A stretch of DNA of 63,739 nt, filler included, from Choristocarpus tenellus KU-1152 (GCA_964200185.2; 8 parts of 8 records of this genome joined end to end with filler, not necessarily neighbours in it), one strand, 5' to 3'. Shown: positions 1 to 12,699, counted from the whole stretch's first letter. The notes: generated by a model from the letters alone, not told the origin. A program made the numbers and translations.

Positions 1-3000
1 GAAGTGGAGGACCCTCATGGGGATGTCCGTTGCAGCACCTTCGTACTCGACGTCCAACATGGTTTGGAGTACCGGAGGAGATGCATCACTCCCATGGCCA
101 AAGATGTCGTCGACGGTTACTTGCTTGTTGCATGTGAACATTGTCCCATCGTTTTGTGGGCGAGAATAATAATGTCCTGACAACATCTGAGATGGTTATC
201 AGTGCCTAATTGAGGGCGCCCCCCCCCCCTGTCTTGTATATTACGGTTAGGGGATGATCCTCCACAATCAAGCCCACCTTCGACGCCATAAGAGCCCCTG
301 AGTGAATAGAAGGCGGGAGCAAGCTCGTGGGTCCGGCATGCGTCAAACTTCACAGTGACATCACACAAGTAGTTATCGTAGGGATTCATGAAATATCATA
401 CCACTAACATTATAATAGTACAATCAATGAGTGTGGAGCGCAAGGCAAATAACAAATGCAAAAAATGCAAACATTAGGAAATTAAGTAATAATAGAAGCA
501 AATACGGCAAAAATAATGTAGTGAAGACAAGTAACACCAGCATGCGATTCGCGTACAATGAAACAAAGAACTACGAGAACCCGGGGGAAAGAGCAAGAGA
601 CACAAAATGAAGTAGAAGGTACGAAGGACATGAAACAACATGGGGAACGTGAAAAAGAAAGACACACGACCTAATCCGCATCTCCTGAACGGCCGCACAA
701 TATTCGATGGGCACACGGACAGACTGATAACGGCCATGGCGAATCGCAACAGTCTCCCGCAATATACCCCATATTCCAGCGCTTGCGATCTCTGTAACTC
801 ACCGCCTAGGCGGTGTAATTGCGCCATCCACGGGTGGGGCACAATGAGCGCGATGGTGCCCTGAGGATGTATCTTCACCCGCAAGCACTTAAGCACCTGG
901 CGCAAGTGTGTGTTGGTCACCTCTTCGTCGTTGAGGAGTCTTGGCTCGGCGGCAAAGGACATTATGGCGAGCTTTGGCGCATTGCGGAAGGCGAACTCTT
1001 TCAGGCGGTCTAAGGGTACTGTAGGGTCGAGAGGGCGAAGGTCGTGTAGTGCAGTGTTCTCACTCCTGCTTGACATTATGACACACGACACAGAAGACAG
1101 ACAGCACGACAAGAAGGACAGCGTAGTAAGCTATGGTGCAGGCAATCTTATCATTAAGTAAGGTCCTGACAATATTTCCACGGCATCCCCAAAATGTCAA
1201 GCCATACCCTCCACAACGCCAGACCCATCAGATACATCTCGTGGAAGGAGGGTAGACGTCAAAACACTAAGTTCCATTGCCCATGGAAACCTCCAAAAAA
1301 ACGACACATCCAAGGCACAAAGGACGAGCAATCCATATGATGTACAGAGTCAAAGTATCTTAGAGGGTAGGGCCGCGTCCATTTGGTGGCCAAAAACCAA
1401 TGTTGTGATTTTGATGTAATTTAGGCTATCGTGTTTGTTAGGAGGTGTCAATATCCGTGTTCCAGACACACATTTTCATAACATGTACATTTTACCTACT
1501 CCAAACATTTTGGAGTAGGAAAATATCATTAAAAAAACAATCGGAAGTCAAGCCCCAAATGGACAAAAAGGGCAAAACTCGTACCCTCTAAGATACTTTC
1601 ACTCACAACCAGCCAAGACCTACGCGCAAACCAACGCGAAAACAAACACACAGAGACGACTTGTATGTCCGTATAATGTGCAACCACGCCGAGACCCACA
1701 TACACTTCTCCATGTCCGCCGTTTCGCTGCGTGAGGGGGGGCGTGAAAGGCTTTGCCTCGTGGGTGACCCGCCCGCGCTCCTTGCATGAGCCTTACCCTT
1801 GCCCTTGCCCCTGCCCCTGCCCCTGCCCCGACCCGCCGCTTCGTTCCCCACCGATCCAGACCCTTCACTGCCCTCCTGTGCCATGGGACAATTGATACAT
1901 AATCGATCCTTGTGCCTCTCATCATCAATAATCTCCACGTAGGCACATTCACCCATATGCGTGATGGAGCAGTTTGGGCATGAATACCTGTCGCGTCTGT
2001 CATTGAATCAGAGCGTTAAAAAGACAGGATAGTATTTTTCCAGATCATTAATTGGGTGCAACAACGCAACGCGGGGATCCACGGTTACGAAGGACCACGA
2101 AATTGGCGGCGCAAAACAGTACAAAGTAGTACAGGTGAGATACAACAGTCGGTGATGTACATGCATTAATACACAATCGGACTGTGGCAAATAAAGAGAC
2201 GTGGGGGTAGCGACTGCAGCGCCACACACAGAGGGACCCCGAAACATACCATTGGTTCAATGGCATGCGCCGCTGAAACGATATAACGTATCTATCCGTT
2301 CGGGGGATTGGATGGAAACCAATCTTACGCCATTAATTACACTCCATCCTCGTGTGCACCGTTACAACTACATTACTCACCGAGACGTAGGTGGAGGATT
2401 GCATTCAGTACAGCAAACGCCCGCGTTCCACCCTCCATGGCCGTTTTGTTCTTCTTCCGCACCAGGAACACTGCCGACAGAACCCCCTTCGCCCGTATCC
2501 TCTCTGTCTGGCAGTCCGTTCCCTCCCTCGTCTCCGTCCCCTCCTTTGTGTTCGTCCCCTCCCTCGTCTCCATCCCCTCCTTGGTGTTCGCGCCCTCCCT
2601 TGTCTTCTTTCTCACGACCATCTAATGCCGATCCGTTGTTGCTCTCAACTTCTACGCCGCCGCCGTCACAGCCCCACCCGCTGTGAACCTGGTGGAGGTT
2701 GACCTGGTTGAGTACATCCTGGTATTTCCCATCCCAGGTGGTGAGGTAAGCATGTAGAGTCGAGTCTTTCTCGAGAATCTAGTGGTGGCCACGGCGGAGG
2801 ACGTTGTTGAGGAGAGGAGGGGACGATGGTGACGTCAAAAATGTGATAGTGTAATGGAAGTACGATAGCATGGAGGAGCAAACAGAGCAAATGATACGGT
2901 TGACATGGTGAACGTATTTAATGGAGGCGACTTGCGGAGCGAAATAGATTGAAAGAAGTCCATGTCGAGGACGCCAGTCTGTATGTAGGTTTTTTCAGTG

Positions 3001-4613
3001 ATGCGTGTTGGAGGCAGAAACGAGGTGGAGATTGACCAATATTGTTGTCTACAGTTGAAGGAAACGATTGACTATTCCCGCTATTAGCAACGAAAGACTA
3101 GGAGCCAAAATATCTTAGAGGGTAGAGCCGCGTCCATTCGGGGGCCAAAATCCAATGTTGCGATTTTGATGAAATTTTGGCTATCGTGTTTTTTAGGAAG
3201 TGTCAATATCCTTGTTGCGGACACACCTTTTCATAACGCATACATTTTACCTACCCCGAAATATTTTGGAGTAGAAAAATGTCATAAAAAAAACTGAGGG
3301 AAGCAAAGCCCCAAATAGACAAACAAAGCAAAAACCGTACCCTCTAAGGTACTTTCACCCTAGAACTGACAAAACAGCAAAGTTTGTTGTAGGGAAGGCA
3401 ACTCTGTCGCTCATGATGATGACGAAGACCCACCACCAATCCTACCAAGCATCAACTATTTTTTTGGTACAAGCCATTTCAGCTGTAATTACGAACACAG
3501 GAGGCACACTCACGGCTCTGACCCGTTGCAGAGGTTTCATTCCGACTACCGTCGAGATGTTTTCCCTCAGTTGGCGGACGGGCCCCGCGTGTTGGTCGCC
3601 AGATGAAACCTTCTACAGAAGTTGGGCCACCTCCCTCTTCCTCTCCTCGTAGTGGGGCTTGACCCAGAGGTCTTGCATACTGCACTTCTCGTATGCGAGC
3701 CTGTCCATTTCCCTGGCAGCCCGTGCATCATTCACGTAACGTCCGGAATTCAGAGCGGTTTTGCAACAATCAATAAGTGCGGTGCATAAAAAGACGCTGA
3801 CAGTATATTTTACAATTGAGGGGCGCATGGTGACGTATGGGTGCACAGGAGATACGGAAAAGGCAAAAAAAGATAACCGCTGCAACTGCACCATTTACCA
3901 ACCTTTGGAGCTCTGGTGTCCACTTCTCCTTGGGCACAATCTGCCTGGTGCGCGAGATAACCATCTCAGACATGTGTGCGCTTCCGATTCGATGTCCTTG
4001 TGGTCCCTCGCCGTAGGAACCTTCCCGTAGAACGACTTGTACCTGCTAAAGGAGAATGGCCATGAAGGACGTCAATGAGAACGATGCGCAGGTAATGAAG
4101 AGGAAAGGGTCGCCACTGCAGCAAATGTTCATGGATCGATTGCCGTACTTCCTAAAAGACAAGAGCGCACATACACAGGAAACACACTGTTTGTAGAATT
4201 ACCAGAATACTACGAAGGATTTTTCGTTCGACACAACAATGGCCAACTACATTCTTCATCGCAGGAGACACTTATTTCATGTTCCTGTGCAATGTGCTAT
4301 GACCTGCACAAATTGCGCTTACTGCTGTCTACACGATAAAACACAGTGGCGTTTTGACTTGCCTAGCAAGCATATGGATGCATAGCCCCTGCTTGAGAGA
4401 AGTGAAGCCGGCAAACTCTTCGTGACTCAGATAGTTTAGTGTGACAGCGTTGTAGTCAACCTGTGGGGACGAGGTCTCACATACTTCCTTCAGGAACTCG
4501 AAGGACTCTGGTCGAAGGGACTTTACGCCTTGCTTCCAGTTTCGTAGAGTTGTTTTCGCCGGGGGAGTAACGCCCACCTTCGCGAAGGGCAGAAAACGGA
4601 AAATATTATGCAC
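1..4613 (-). CDS. Partial multi-exon gene of unknown function with a PHD-like (C4HC3) zinc finger; possibly degenerate or TE-derived
   Basis: GT-AG bounded coding blocks at about 4360-4613, 3905-4042, 3615-3760, 2381-2780, 1705-1987, 740-1065, 280-390 and <1-176. Splicing 2381/1987 gives CTECNPPPTSRYSCPNCSITHMGEC-x15-CINC. Not all exon phases could be reconciled. Confidence 0.5.
1347..1604. mobile_element. MITE family A, copy 1
   Basis: TIRs gagtcaaagtatcttagagggta / taccctctaagatactttcactc; 3-bp TSD ACA on both sides; non-coding; homologous to three other full copies in the window. Confidence 0.92.
3102..3360. mobile_element. MITE family A, copy 2
   Basis: Same TIRs and internal sequence; 3-bp TSD TAG. 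Confidence 0.92.
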
Positions 4614-4675
4614 CCAGCCAGCGAGGATGAGGCATCATTATTACCACGCCAACGCGGTATGTATGTGTGGGGGGG

Positions 4676-4775
4676 NNNNNNNNNNNNNNNNNNNNNNNNN
4701 NNNNNNNNNNNNNNNNNNNTTAATTAATTAANNNNNNNNNNNNNNNNNNNNNNNNNNNNNNNNNNNNNNNNNNNN
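4676..4775. other. Artificial contig spacer
   Basis: N44-TTAATTAATTAA-N44, stop codons in all six frames. Confidence 0.97.
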
Positions 4776-4924
4776 CTGGCCCAGTCAGTTGATCGTCCAA
4801 CCAAGATCCCCCATACAAAGGAGGCCTGTGAACCGTTTACGTAACGTACCCCCCCCCCCCCCTAAGGGTGATGGTTCTAGGCTGCCACGTACTCGCATCC
4901 GGAAAAACACCTACACAATTCACA

Positions 4925-4954
4925 CCCTAACCCTAACCCTAACCCTAACCCTAA
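4925..4954 (+). repeat. Interstitial telomere-type repeat (CCCTAA)5
   Basis: Direct reading. Confidence 0.9.
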
Positions 4955-5069
4955 CAAAAACGCCTCATCGGATACAAAACCGCGAGCTGCTTCCTCTCCA
5001 TCGAAACTGTTCCAGGACACAACAATGAAGCCTACAGTAGAGCCAGTCTACAATAGAGCCAGCCCTTAC

Positions 5070-5237
5070 CTGCTCAATGAAGGCATGGATATTTATGTCG
5101 TCCTTTGGCCGCCACCGCATCCTAGGACCCGTCCCCTCCACTTCACGCCCCCCACCAAGGATGGAATTGACGTCTCTCATGTCCGTCAGGTCAGCCACCT
5201 CTGACGCGAGGTCTTTGAGCTTACTCTGAACAAACTC
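5070..5237 (-). CDS. Isolated internal exon (56 codons) of an unknown protein
   Basis: cag| acceptor and |gtaagg donor, phase 0; EFVQSKLKDLASEVADLTDMRDVNSILGGG...IHAFIEQ. Confidence 0.6.
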
Positions 5238-5482
5238 CTGTTCACATAGAAGAATACATGCATACACATACACACATACATATACACACATATATATACA
5301 CACATATATATATATACACATACTGTGTGAGCGTGTTAAATAATTACTGTTCACATAGAAGAATACATATACACACATATATATACACACATACTGTGTG
5401 AGCGTGTTAAATAATTACTGTTCACATAGAAGAATACATATACACACATATACACACATATGTATATACACATACTGTGTGA
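5238..5482. repeat. Tandem repeat, 3 units with variable (AT/AC)n core
   Basis: ctgttcacatagaagaatacat...catactgtgtgagcgtgttaaataatta repeated. Confidence 0.85.
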
Positions 5483-6394
5483 ATGTGTTTGTATTCGCAC
5501 ATGTGTATATGCTTGGGTATGTGTTACAAACAAGCAGTAGGGGTATCTAGCACTAGAAGTACATGCATAGGTATGTGCCTATGTGTATTGATGCAAATGC
5601 GCAGCAGGATATTACATCTCTACATAAGAGACACCTTGATAGGGTTAGGGGATTTGTCTATGTTTCTACGTGTGTGTGTGTGTGTGTGTTATGTGCAGCA
5701 TATGTATATACCAATGTCTCGTGTGCATACCCTAACCCTATCAAGATCTCTCGAGTGCAGCAATATCGTCCTTGTGTGTACAGAAGTTGAGTATATCTGC
5801 AAAATATCTGCAAAATATATGCATATTTGTGTACATCCAGAATGATGTGCATATGTACATATACATATATATCTACAAGTATATATATATGCTAGAGATG
5901 CAGAAGTGTGCTGTAAACAAGATCTCTCCCTTGCCATTCAAACAGAGCTCTTAACAGTCACATACCTGAACGAAATACAGCCTTGCACACGCCTCAATCA
6001 CTTATGACACATTGCACCCTAACCCTAACCCTTCCCACGGGACAGCTGCATTGCTTCTATCATTCACATACTATTGGTCAGGTTCAATTCAGATTGTGCA
6101 TAAAAAACAAAATAAAAAGTGTATACTTGCTCACAGATTTAACAAGAAAAATTTAACTTCAGGAGTGTAGCAACAGCACAGCATGCACAACTGATTCATC
6201 CTCAAGAGACCTTGGATCCCTTCAATCTCCCCATCCCTGTTTAAAGCAGCTCAGCACACTAGATTGTTGAGGGATTTGACATAGGCTGGATCGCTGGTTG
6301 TCACAAAAGCATGGCAATATCAAATCATCCATGAAGCTTTTTGGTGGAGAAACTAAACTAGGCTAACACCACCATATGTGCGATCAAGCTCACT

Positions 6395-6575
6395 GACCCA
6401 AAGTATATGGGGGGAGGGAGTCTACACCAGGGTGTCCATTTGGACCATAACCAGGAAAAGTACACTTGCATTATATCCATCTGACGCATAAAACCAAATC
6501 ACCCAAAAATCATGACATGAAAAAATTGACCCCAAATGGACAGCCGCCACCCACCCACCCCAGATACTTTGAGCC
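6395..6575. mobile_element. MITE family B, full copy (TIRs related to family A)
   Basis: gacccaaagtata...agatactttgagcc; flanks act/tct; internal sequence matches 40878-41028 and 33776-33846. Confidence 0.8.
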
Positions 6576-6621
6576 TCTTTATCAGTACTGACTGGTGGAT
6601 ACCAATTCCTTCACAACATAA

Positions 6622-6666
<45 letters not shown>
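6622..6666. repeat. (ACT)n microsatellite
   Basis: Direct reading. Confidence 0.95.
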
Positions 6667-7726
6667 AGAGTATAAATATAAACCACGCCATAGGACGATA
6701 GTACCACTCTGCCTGTTGCCATACCGCCATGACGCCTTCCTGCTCTTTCTACAGTGCCATCGGAATATCAAAATTTGAACTGGTAGTGTTGGGGGTGACT
6801 TGTTGTATTACAAACAATCTCGGGGTTACGGATACAGACAGCTATAGATCACCACGATATGGAAATAGTTAATCAGTATTCTCACTTATGTTGATATTCT
6901 TATCACCACTAATACAAATGCTACCATTACAGTTGTCAGTAAGGCTACATATCATCGATTTCAACACTAATCAACTCAAACAAATTGCTGTAATGGCAAT
7001 TAGGGAAAACATTGAAACATGGCACGAGACAGTACAGAGACAAGGAGCCTAGAGATCCCAGCTGCAACCATTCAACACCAGGGACCGAGAAATTATAGCA
7101 CCTTATTGGTGAGTCCCCCCTGCCGCCCCCTTTCGAGACCCTCCTCATCCCAAGACAAGCAAAAAGAGCCTACTCTTTTTCACCAGTATACATATTTATA
7201 TACAGATCCGACAATAAGCATTAAATTCAATATCCACACACACGAGGGGTCTCTACCCCAGTACACTTTACGTATAATGTATACAAAATCCGACCGTACA
7301 AACCTCTAGCAGAAGATCAGTAACACAGACACACCAAATGCAAACCTAACGTACTCCTGACCACCATGTACTCGAAGAAGTAGTAAGCAGTCTGCCAGGA
7401 GCAGGACCACATCGTTTAAAGCATATACACTACACTCAAGTAATACCAAAGTATATATTAGAATAGAAACACTAGTTGCACAGAAGTTACAGCAGCGATC
7501 TTTATACTTGAAGCTTCCCGATGGATTAACTTCAGGAAGTCACTTTTGTACACTTGGTTGAGAGATAGCGACAACCTCATGTTTCTGTGTGTGTCGTGCT
7601 AATATGTACATACCATGTTCTACCATACTATATACAACTACACCCATTAAGATCTATTTTACTCAAAACATAGACGATTATCTGTTCCAAAAAGGGTAGC
7701 AAGATGACAGATGCGGAGTAGAAAAA

Positions 7727-7800
7727 CGGAGATGGAGAGGCTCGAACTCTCGACCTTAGGCTTATGAGACCTACGCGCTAACCAACTGAGCCACATCTCC
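7727..7800 (-). tRNA. tRNA-Met (CAT), elongator type, intronless
   Basis: Cloverleaf GGAGATG/CATCTCC acceptor stem, CT-CAT-AA anticodon loop, GTTCGA T-loop, followed by a T5 Pol III terminator; lacks initiator hallmarks A1:U72 and A54. Confidence 0.95.
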
Positions 7801-8187
7801 TAGATAGATATTGAACTGAAATCTTTTGTTTATAAAATCACAAAATCGTAGTTGATAGTTCATCCTAGTAACAAACACACCTATTACTGGACGTCCTCTC
7901 ATTGGGACTTATGAAATACTTGGAAAATAATGTGTTGTCAAAAACACAAGAAATTGCAACAGTTTCCGTGTAAAACGGGAAGAATCCAATGCAGCAAACT
8001 ATGCATGAAAGCATCATGAATTTCACTTTTGGAGTCACTTCCATGTAATACAGTAGTATCATGATAGGCGGGCCTACTACAAATCACTATACCTATGCAT
8101 ATATATCAACATTATATACAAATCTTCTCTAATCGCTATTACAATAGTTTGCTCAAAAAAAAGTGAAACAAGGTAGGACCCAAAAAA

Positions 8188-8261
8188 CGGAGATGGAGAG
8201 GCTCGAACTCTCGACCTTAGGCTTATGAGACCTACGCGCTAACCAACTGAGCCACATCTCC
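8188..8261 (-). tRNA. tRNA-Met (CAT), second identical copy
   Basis: Identical to 7727-7800; T6 terminator. Confidence 0.95.
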
Positions 8262-8885
8262 TGACTGAATGTCTACCATGAAGCTCCTGTTCTTAAAGTA
8301 CATCCTAGTTGGTAATTCATTTTCTAAACAGTCCCACCTATTGCTACGCATCGCTTGATAGGGCCTTGGGAAATAATTGCAAAAAAAAACGAAAATAAAA
8401 ATGCACAAATGTACAGTGTAAACAAAACCGGAAGAATCTGATGCAGGAAATATGCATTAAAGCATCGAGGACATACATACCTTGTTGAACAAAGTCCATA
8501 AAGTCATGACCACTACATATATGTGTATCTCTACCATCAGATCTAAGTTCGCTAGTATTTAACAAAATATAAATTTACAAAATACCATATTCACCATGCA
8601 CTTATTTTATGTACACATATCACATATTGCTGCACCGTGTATACCTTGGCTTTGTTGGTGGAAGTGTACTTGAGCTCTTCAGACACAGTTTTGAGGGATA
8701 TTCCCTCAGAGGCCTTAGGGTTATCAAAGGACCGGTATGTCAAAAACGTGCACAGCGATGCCTGATTTATTTTTCGAAGCACAGCAAATAAGTAAGTGGA
8801 CAGGGCATGAGTGGGCTTTGAGGTAAGGGCGGGGAGGGCAGTAGGGGGGGGGGGGGGGGGCAAGATAGTTGAGGACATTTGGGAA

Positions 8886-8985
8886 NNNNNNNNNNNNNNN
8901 NNNNNNNNNNNNNNNNNNNNNNNNNNNNNTTAATTAATTAANNNNNNNNNNNNNNNNNNNNNNNNNNNNNNNNNNNNNNNNNNNN
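8886..8985. other. Artificial contig spacer
   Basis: N44-TTAATTAATTAA-N44. Confidence 0.97.
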
Positions 8986-9934
8986 AAAGGATCTTTCTGT
9001 ATGATGTACCTGGGCCATGGCATGCCTTCTCCCCCCTCCCCCCCCCCCAATTTTTTTTTATCAACAGGCAGCGTCGAGGCAGGCCTTCATAGCACCCATC
9101 ATCACACTAATGTACCACAGTTCTAGACGATCCATGCTCAAAACTTGTGCCATTTTGGAACCTTTCACATCTATTCTGTAGTGAAAGAGCACATGTTTTA
9201 CACACTAAGCAACATAAAATAGGAGAAAAGAACACAACATGCAGGGAAATTCGACATTGTTTCCCAGCAGCTCTAACATAGGAAAATCACTTGCAAAGGA
9301 AGAACAATACCTGTTCAAGGGAGGCTTTTCCAATCCACCCAAAGAAAATCTTTGTTGGCAGTGAGGTATTGATCATACATACTGTAAAACCCACTACCGT
9401 AGAATCCTCTCAGGGCCCAACAAAAATAGGTGGAGGTGTCTGAATAACCCACCCCACACTTTTTGCAAGGGGTGTAGACACAAAGTAATGGGTTCTAGTT
9501 GCTTAAAGATGAACTCTTGCAGCCTGGGTCACCACTGTGGACAATTTCAGTAAGTGAAATCTTACCAACAATAATGCACAAACTATAGTCTAGAAACAAA
9601 AACATGGATGGAGCTTCATAGCAAAAACATTTCAAGATTGACCATCTTGCCATACGGTACAGTATCTCCTGTCTGTGTGCTCCATGAGGTACACCAAGGT
9701 ATATGTTCATATGGCAAAAAGATGAAGCATAGGAGGTCTGCCACTTCTTCCACCTATCAACACACAGGAGTCGCACTAATAATACCCTTCCATTACCACC
9801 ACTTACGTGCAATGAATTGCATGCCACTACGGAAGACAAGGCAGTACAATGTAGGGTACTCACAATCCTTTTTTGCCCTTAACCTCAACAACAGTACAAA
9901 AGACTCCCGCTTGTTCCCTTGTCCTCAGACACAC

Positions 9935-12699
9935 CTCATCCTGCTCGGCCAGCTCAGCTTGCAGGCGCTGCACCTCCTCCTCCAGTACCTTAGCCTTCCC
10001 CGCCTCCTTTTCATCACCCCCGCCAGAAATGCGCCTTTGCTTCTCAGCAATTCTGTCCGCTGATGCTTGCCTCACCTGTCACAAGCGGGCAAAGTAGACC
10101 AGGTCCAAGGACAAGAGAGGAAAAGGCATCTATTTGCAGTTAAAAGCAGAAATCCAGCACAGGGAGTACCATGCAAGTGCAATAGGAGCTGAGAACAACA
10201 GTCAACAAGTCCTTACAAGTACTTTCAAGCACTCCAGGCAATAGGAACCAAGTGCCCCTGCTCCACAACTGGATTGTACTGCAGTCCGTATCTCCTGGGG
10301 CAAATTCTGCGCACATTGTCTTACTTGAAGCAACTCATTACCAAACCATTGAGAATATGTAAGGGGCGGGGGGTTCAAATGATGGAATGTTGTTGCACTG
10401 CTAGATGCCTCCAGCGATGATGTGCAGCAAATGGTGGCTTGCAAGGTATTACCGCTAGATATGCAACAAAAACAAGTCCAATCCTCAGTCACCTTGGCAT
10501 CCTTTTGCTTACGAGCCAGCTCAGCCTTAACCCTATATTTTCTGTACTCCTCCCGAATGCTTGCTACCTGTTTGCGGGCATCCTCCAGCTTTTGCGGGTG
10601 GGATGGGGTGGAGGATACACAGTGGTGAGCTCAAGCCTATATCATTCGAAGGGTGTGTTGCACTTAATGCTATAACTATTGAATCGCATACTTTCAAAGA
10701 AGTTGGCTTCACACTGTTGTCCATTTCCCAAGATGCCAATGTTCCAGTCCCTTTCGACCTTTCTCAGGGGCTGCTATACTGCAAGCAAATGTCTGCATTG
10801 AGCAAGCGCACACTCACAAGCACACGCATGCTCTGTCAAATAACTAGAAAAGCATATCGAAAATGCATGCACAAACAATGGCACCACACAGCAGGGACCC
10901 AATCCTGTTGCTTTTGTCGCTCCATACATTTATTGTCTTTGGATGTGGGAGCGGTGGGGACTGAGCTCTTCACTGTATATCTTATGTGCTGTCACAGTGC
11001 TGCATTAACCACTTACCCATGCACACACACACACAAATTAACACAAACAAACACACGGAACGGACAGAATCCCTTCTACGACGAAATGCATGACTACTGC
11101 AACCTATTGTCAGAATGAGGAAACAAAGGTTACACAACCCTATCAAACAATGTGTGCTGGCTGTAGGAGGAGGCCCACCACAGCATCTTGCGGTTTTAAT
11201 ACTCTGCTCCCTCATCTAGAGAGCAGTGGCTACAGAGGCCACCCACACCTTGAATCTGCTGAAACGCATAACCTCAACTTGCTCTGAGCTGGAAGGGAAT
11301 CGGCCGGAGATGAAGGAGTGTCATATATGCAATAAATATGGATGTCGACCAATTATGATAATGGGTTTATTGTGCACGACTTCCCAGTCGTCATGCCCCT
11401 TTGTCGCCAGTAAACTGAACCAATCAATCTTCCTCACCACAGAGGCAGACTCCTCCGGTGAGAGTGAAACTGGGGGGACCTTTAGCGGTTCCCCCACTTC
11501 TCCACTTGCAAACGTTTGCAGTTCCTGGTCACTAGAGATACCCTTCCATCCCTGTGTCCCATACTCATCATTGTATTCTATGAGGAGCCACCACATATCC
11601 CCCTCTCGTACACGCCGCAGGATACGCAAAGGCTCTGCCCCAGAATCCCCCCCCCTAGTACAATAAATGAGTATGGGTATACACTGGGAGTTAGTGGGGT
11701 TGGAAAGCAGGCGCAGGTGGAGGGAAGGGCGAGCGGGGGGTTCCTAATTTAGGGATCGGGATATGTGAGTAATTTCCACATTGGACGGTTCATCACGAGG
11801 AGGATGCAGACGTGGACTTGTTCTGGTGTTCGGTGAAATAAACCACTGATGCAAACCAAGATCCATTCCCAAACCATAGTTTAGTCACTACTACTACATC
11901 TAGGTGATGGTAGTCCAACTAATAAACCTTGCGTATATGCCTCGGCCGACTCATGCAATGCGCAACAAAAAAAGGCATCAGAACGACCATAGCCCCTTCA
12001 ATTAATACTCAATTACCACTCGCAAAACCTAGAGGTCATTCCCCATAGAAATTGATTCATAAAGTCGCACATTTTCCAAGGAAGCGTAACCTGGGACGGT
12101 TCGTTGAATAGAGGGCAACCCGACTCTTATATATGGACAATGACCCGTAACGACGAAGAGGTCAAGTATACCGCCATTGCAGATTCTACTCCCAAACTGT
12201 ACGAGCTTCCTACCTCCTCCGAGACTCTTCAGCAACCTCAAGATTCTCTCGTAGTTCCGTCAGTTGTGCATCCTTCTCGGCAATCTGTCGCTGGTTCTCC
12301 TCTATGCTTCGCCGAGCAAGAGAAAGCAACCTCTTGAACTTGGAGAGTGTGTCCTATAAGTGGAGTGGAGTCAGACTTGAGGGAGCCGGTCTAAGGTATG
12401 GTCCAACAGATTTACACCATTGAGGTAGACCCTTTTTACTATTGACAAAATGGCTCAAACTGTTGCCATTAACGACGAAACGAGAATGACAATTGCAAGA
12501 AGGTTGACACATCGGGGTGCCAACATGGACCTCTATGTGACAAACTGAATCCTCCATGATCGTCTATCTCCCAACTCACCTGTAAATTCTCTTGCGATTC
12601 GGCTCCATCCCCAGTCGTCCCAACCCCAGTTGATGTGGACAATGGAAACCCCGAAGGCCTAGAACTTTCTCCATTTTCGAGTCGTTCCTGTGTAGTCAT
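9935..12699 (-). CDS. Coiled-coil protein, possibly golgin-like; 3' end not identified in the window
   Basis: Spliced exons about 12580-12699, 12213-12353, 11440-11655, 10493-10590, 9935-10075: MTTQERLE...DTLSKFKRLLSLARRSIEENQ...LRILRRVREGDMWWLLIEY...EEYRKYRVKAELARKQKD...EEEVQRLQAELAEQDE. The golgin call is inference only. Confidence 0.75.

Noticed and set aside
1-4675. Endogenous giant-virus segment
   Set aside because: Coding blocks are short and intron-split, and no viral hallmark gene is recognisable
6499-6778. Poly-Val and poly-Thr ORFs
   Set aside because: Products of the (ACT)n microsatellite and MITE B
7727-7800. Initiator tRNA or lysidine-type tRNA-Ile(CAU)
   Set aside because: No initiator hallmarks; nuclear Pol III context and sequence resemble eukaryotic elongator tRNA-Met
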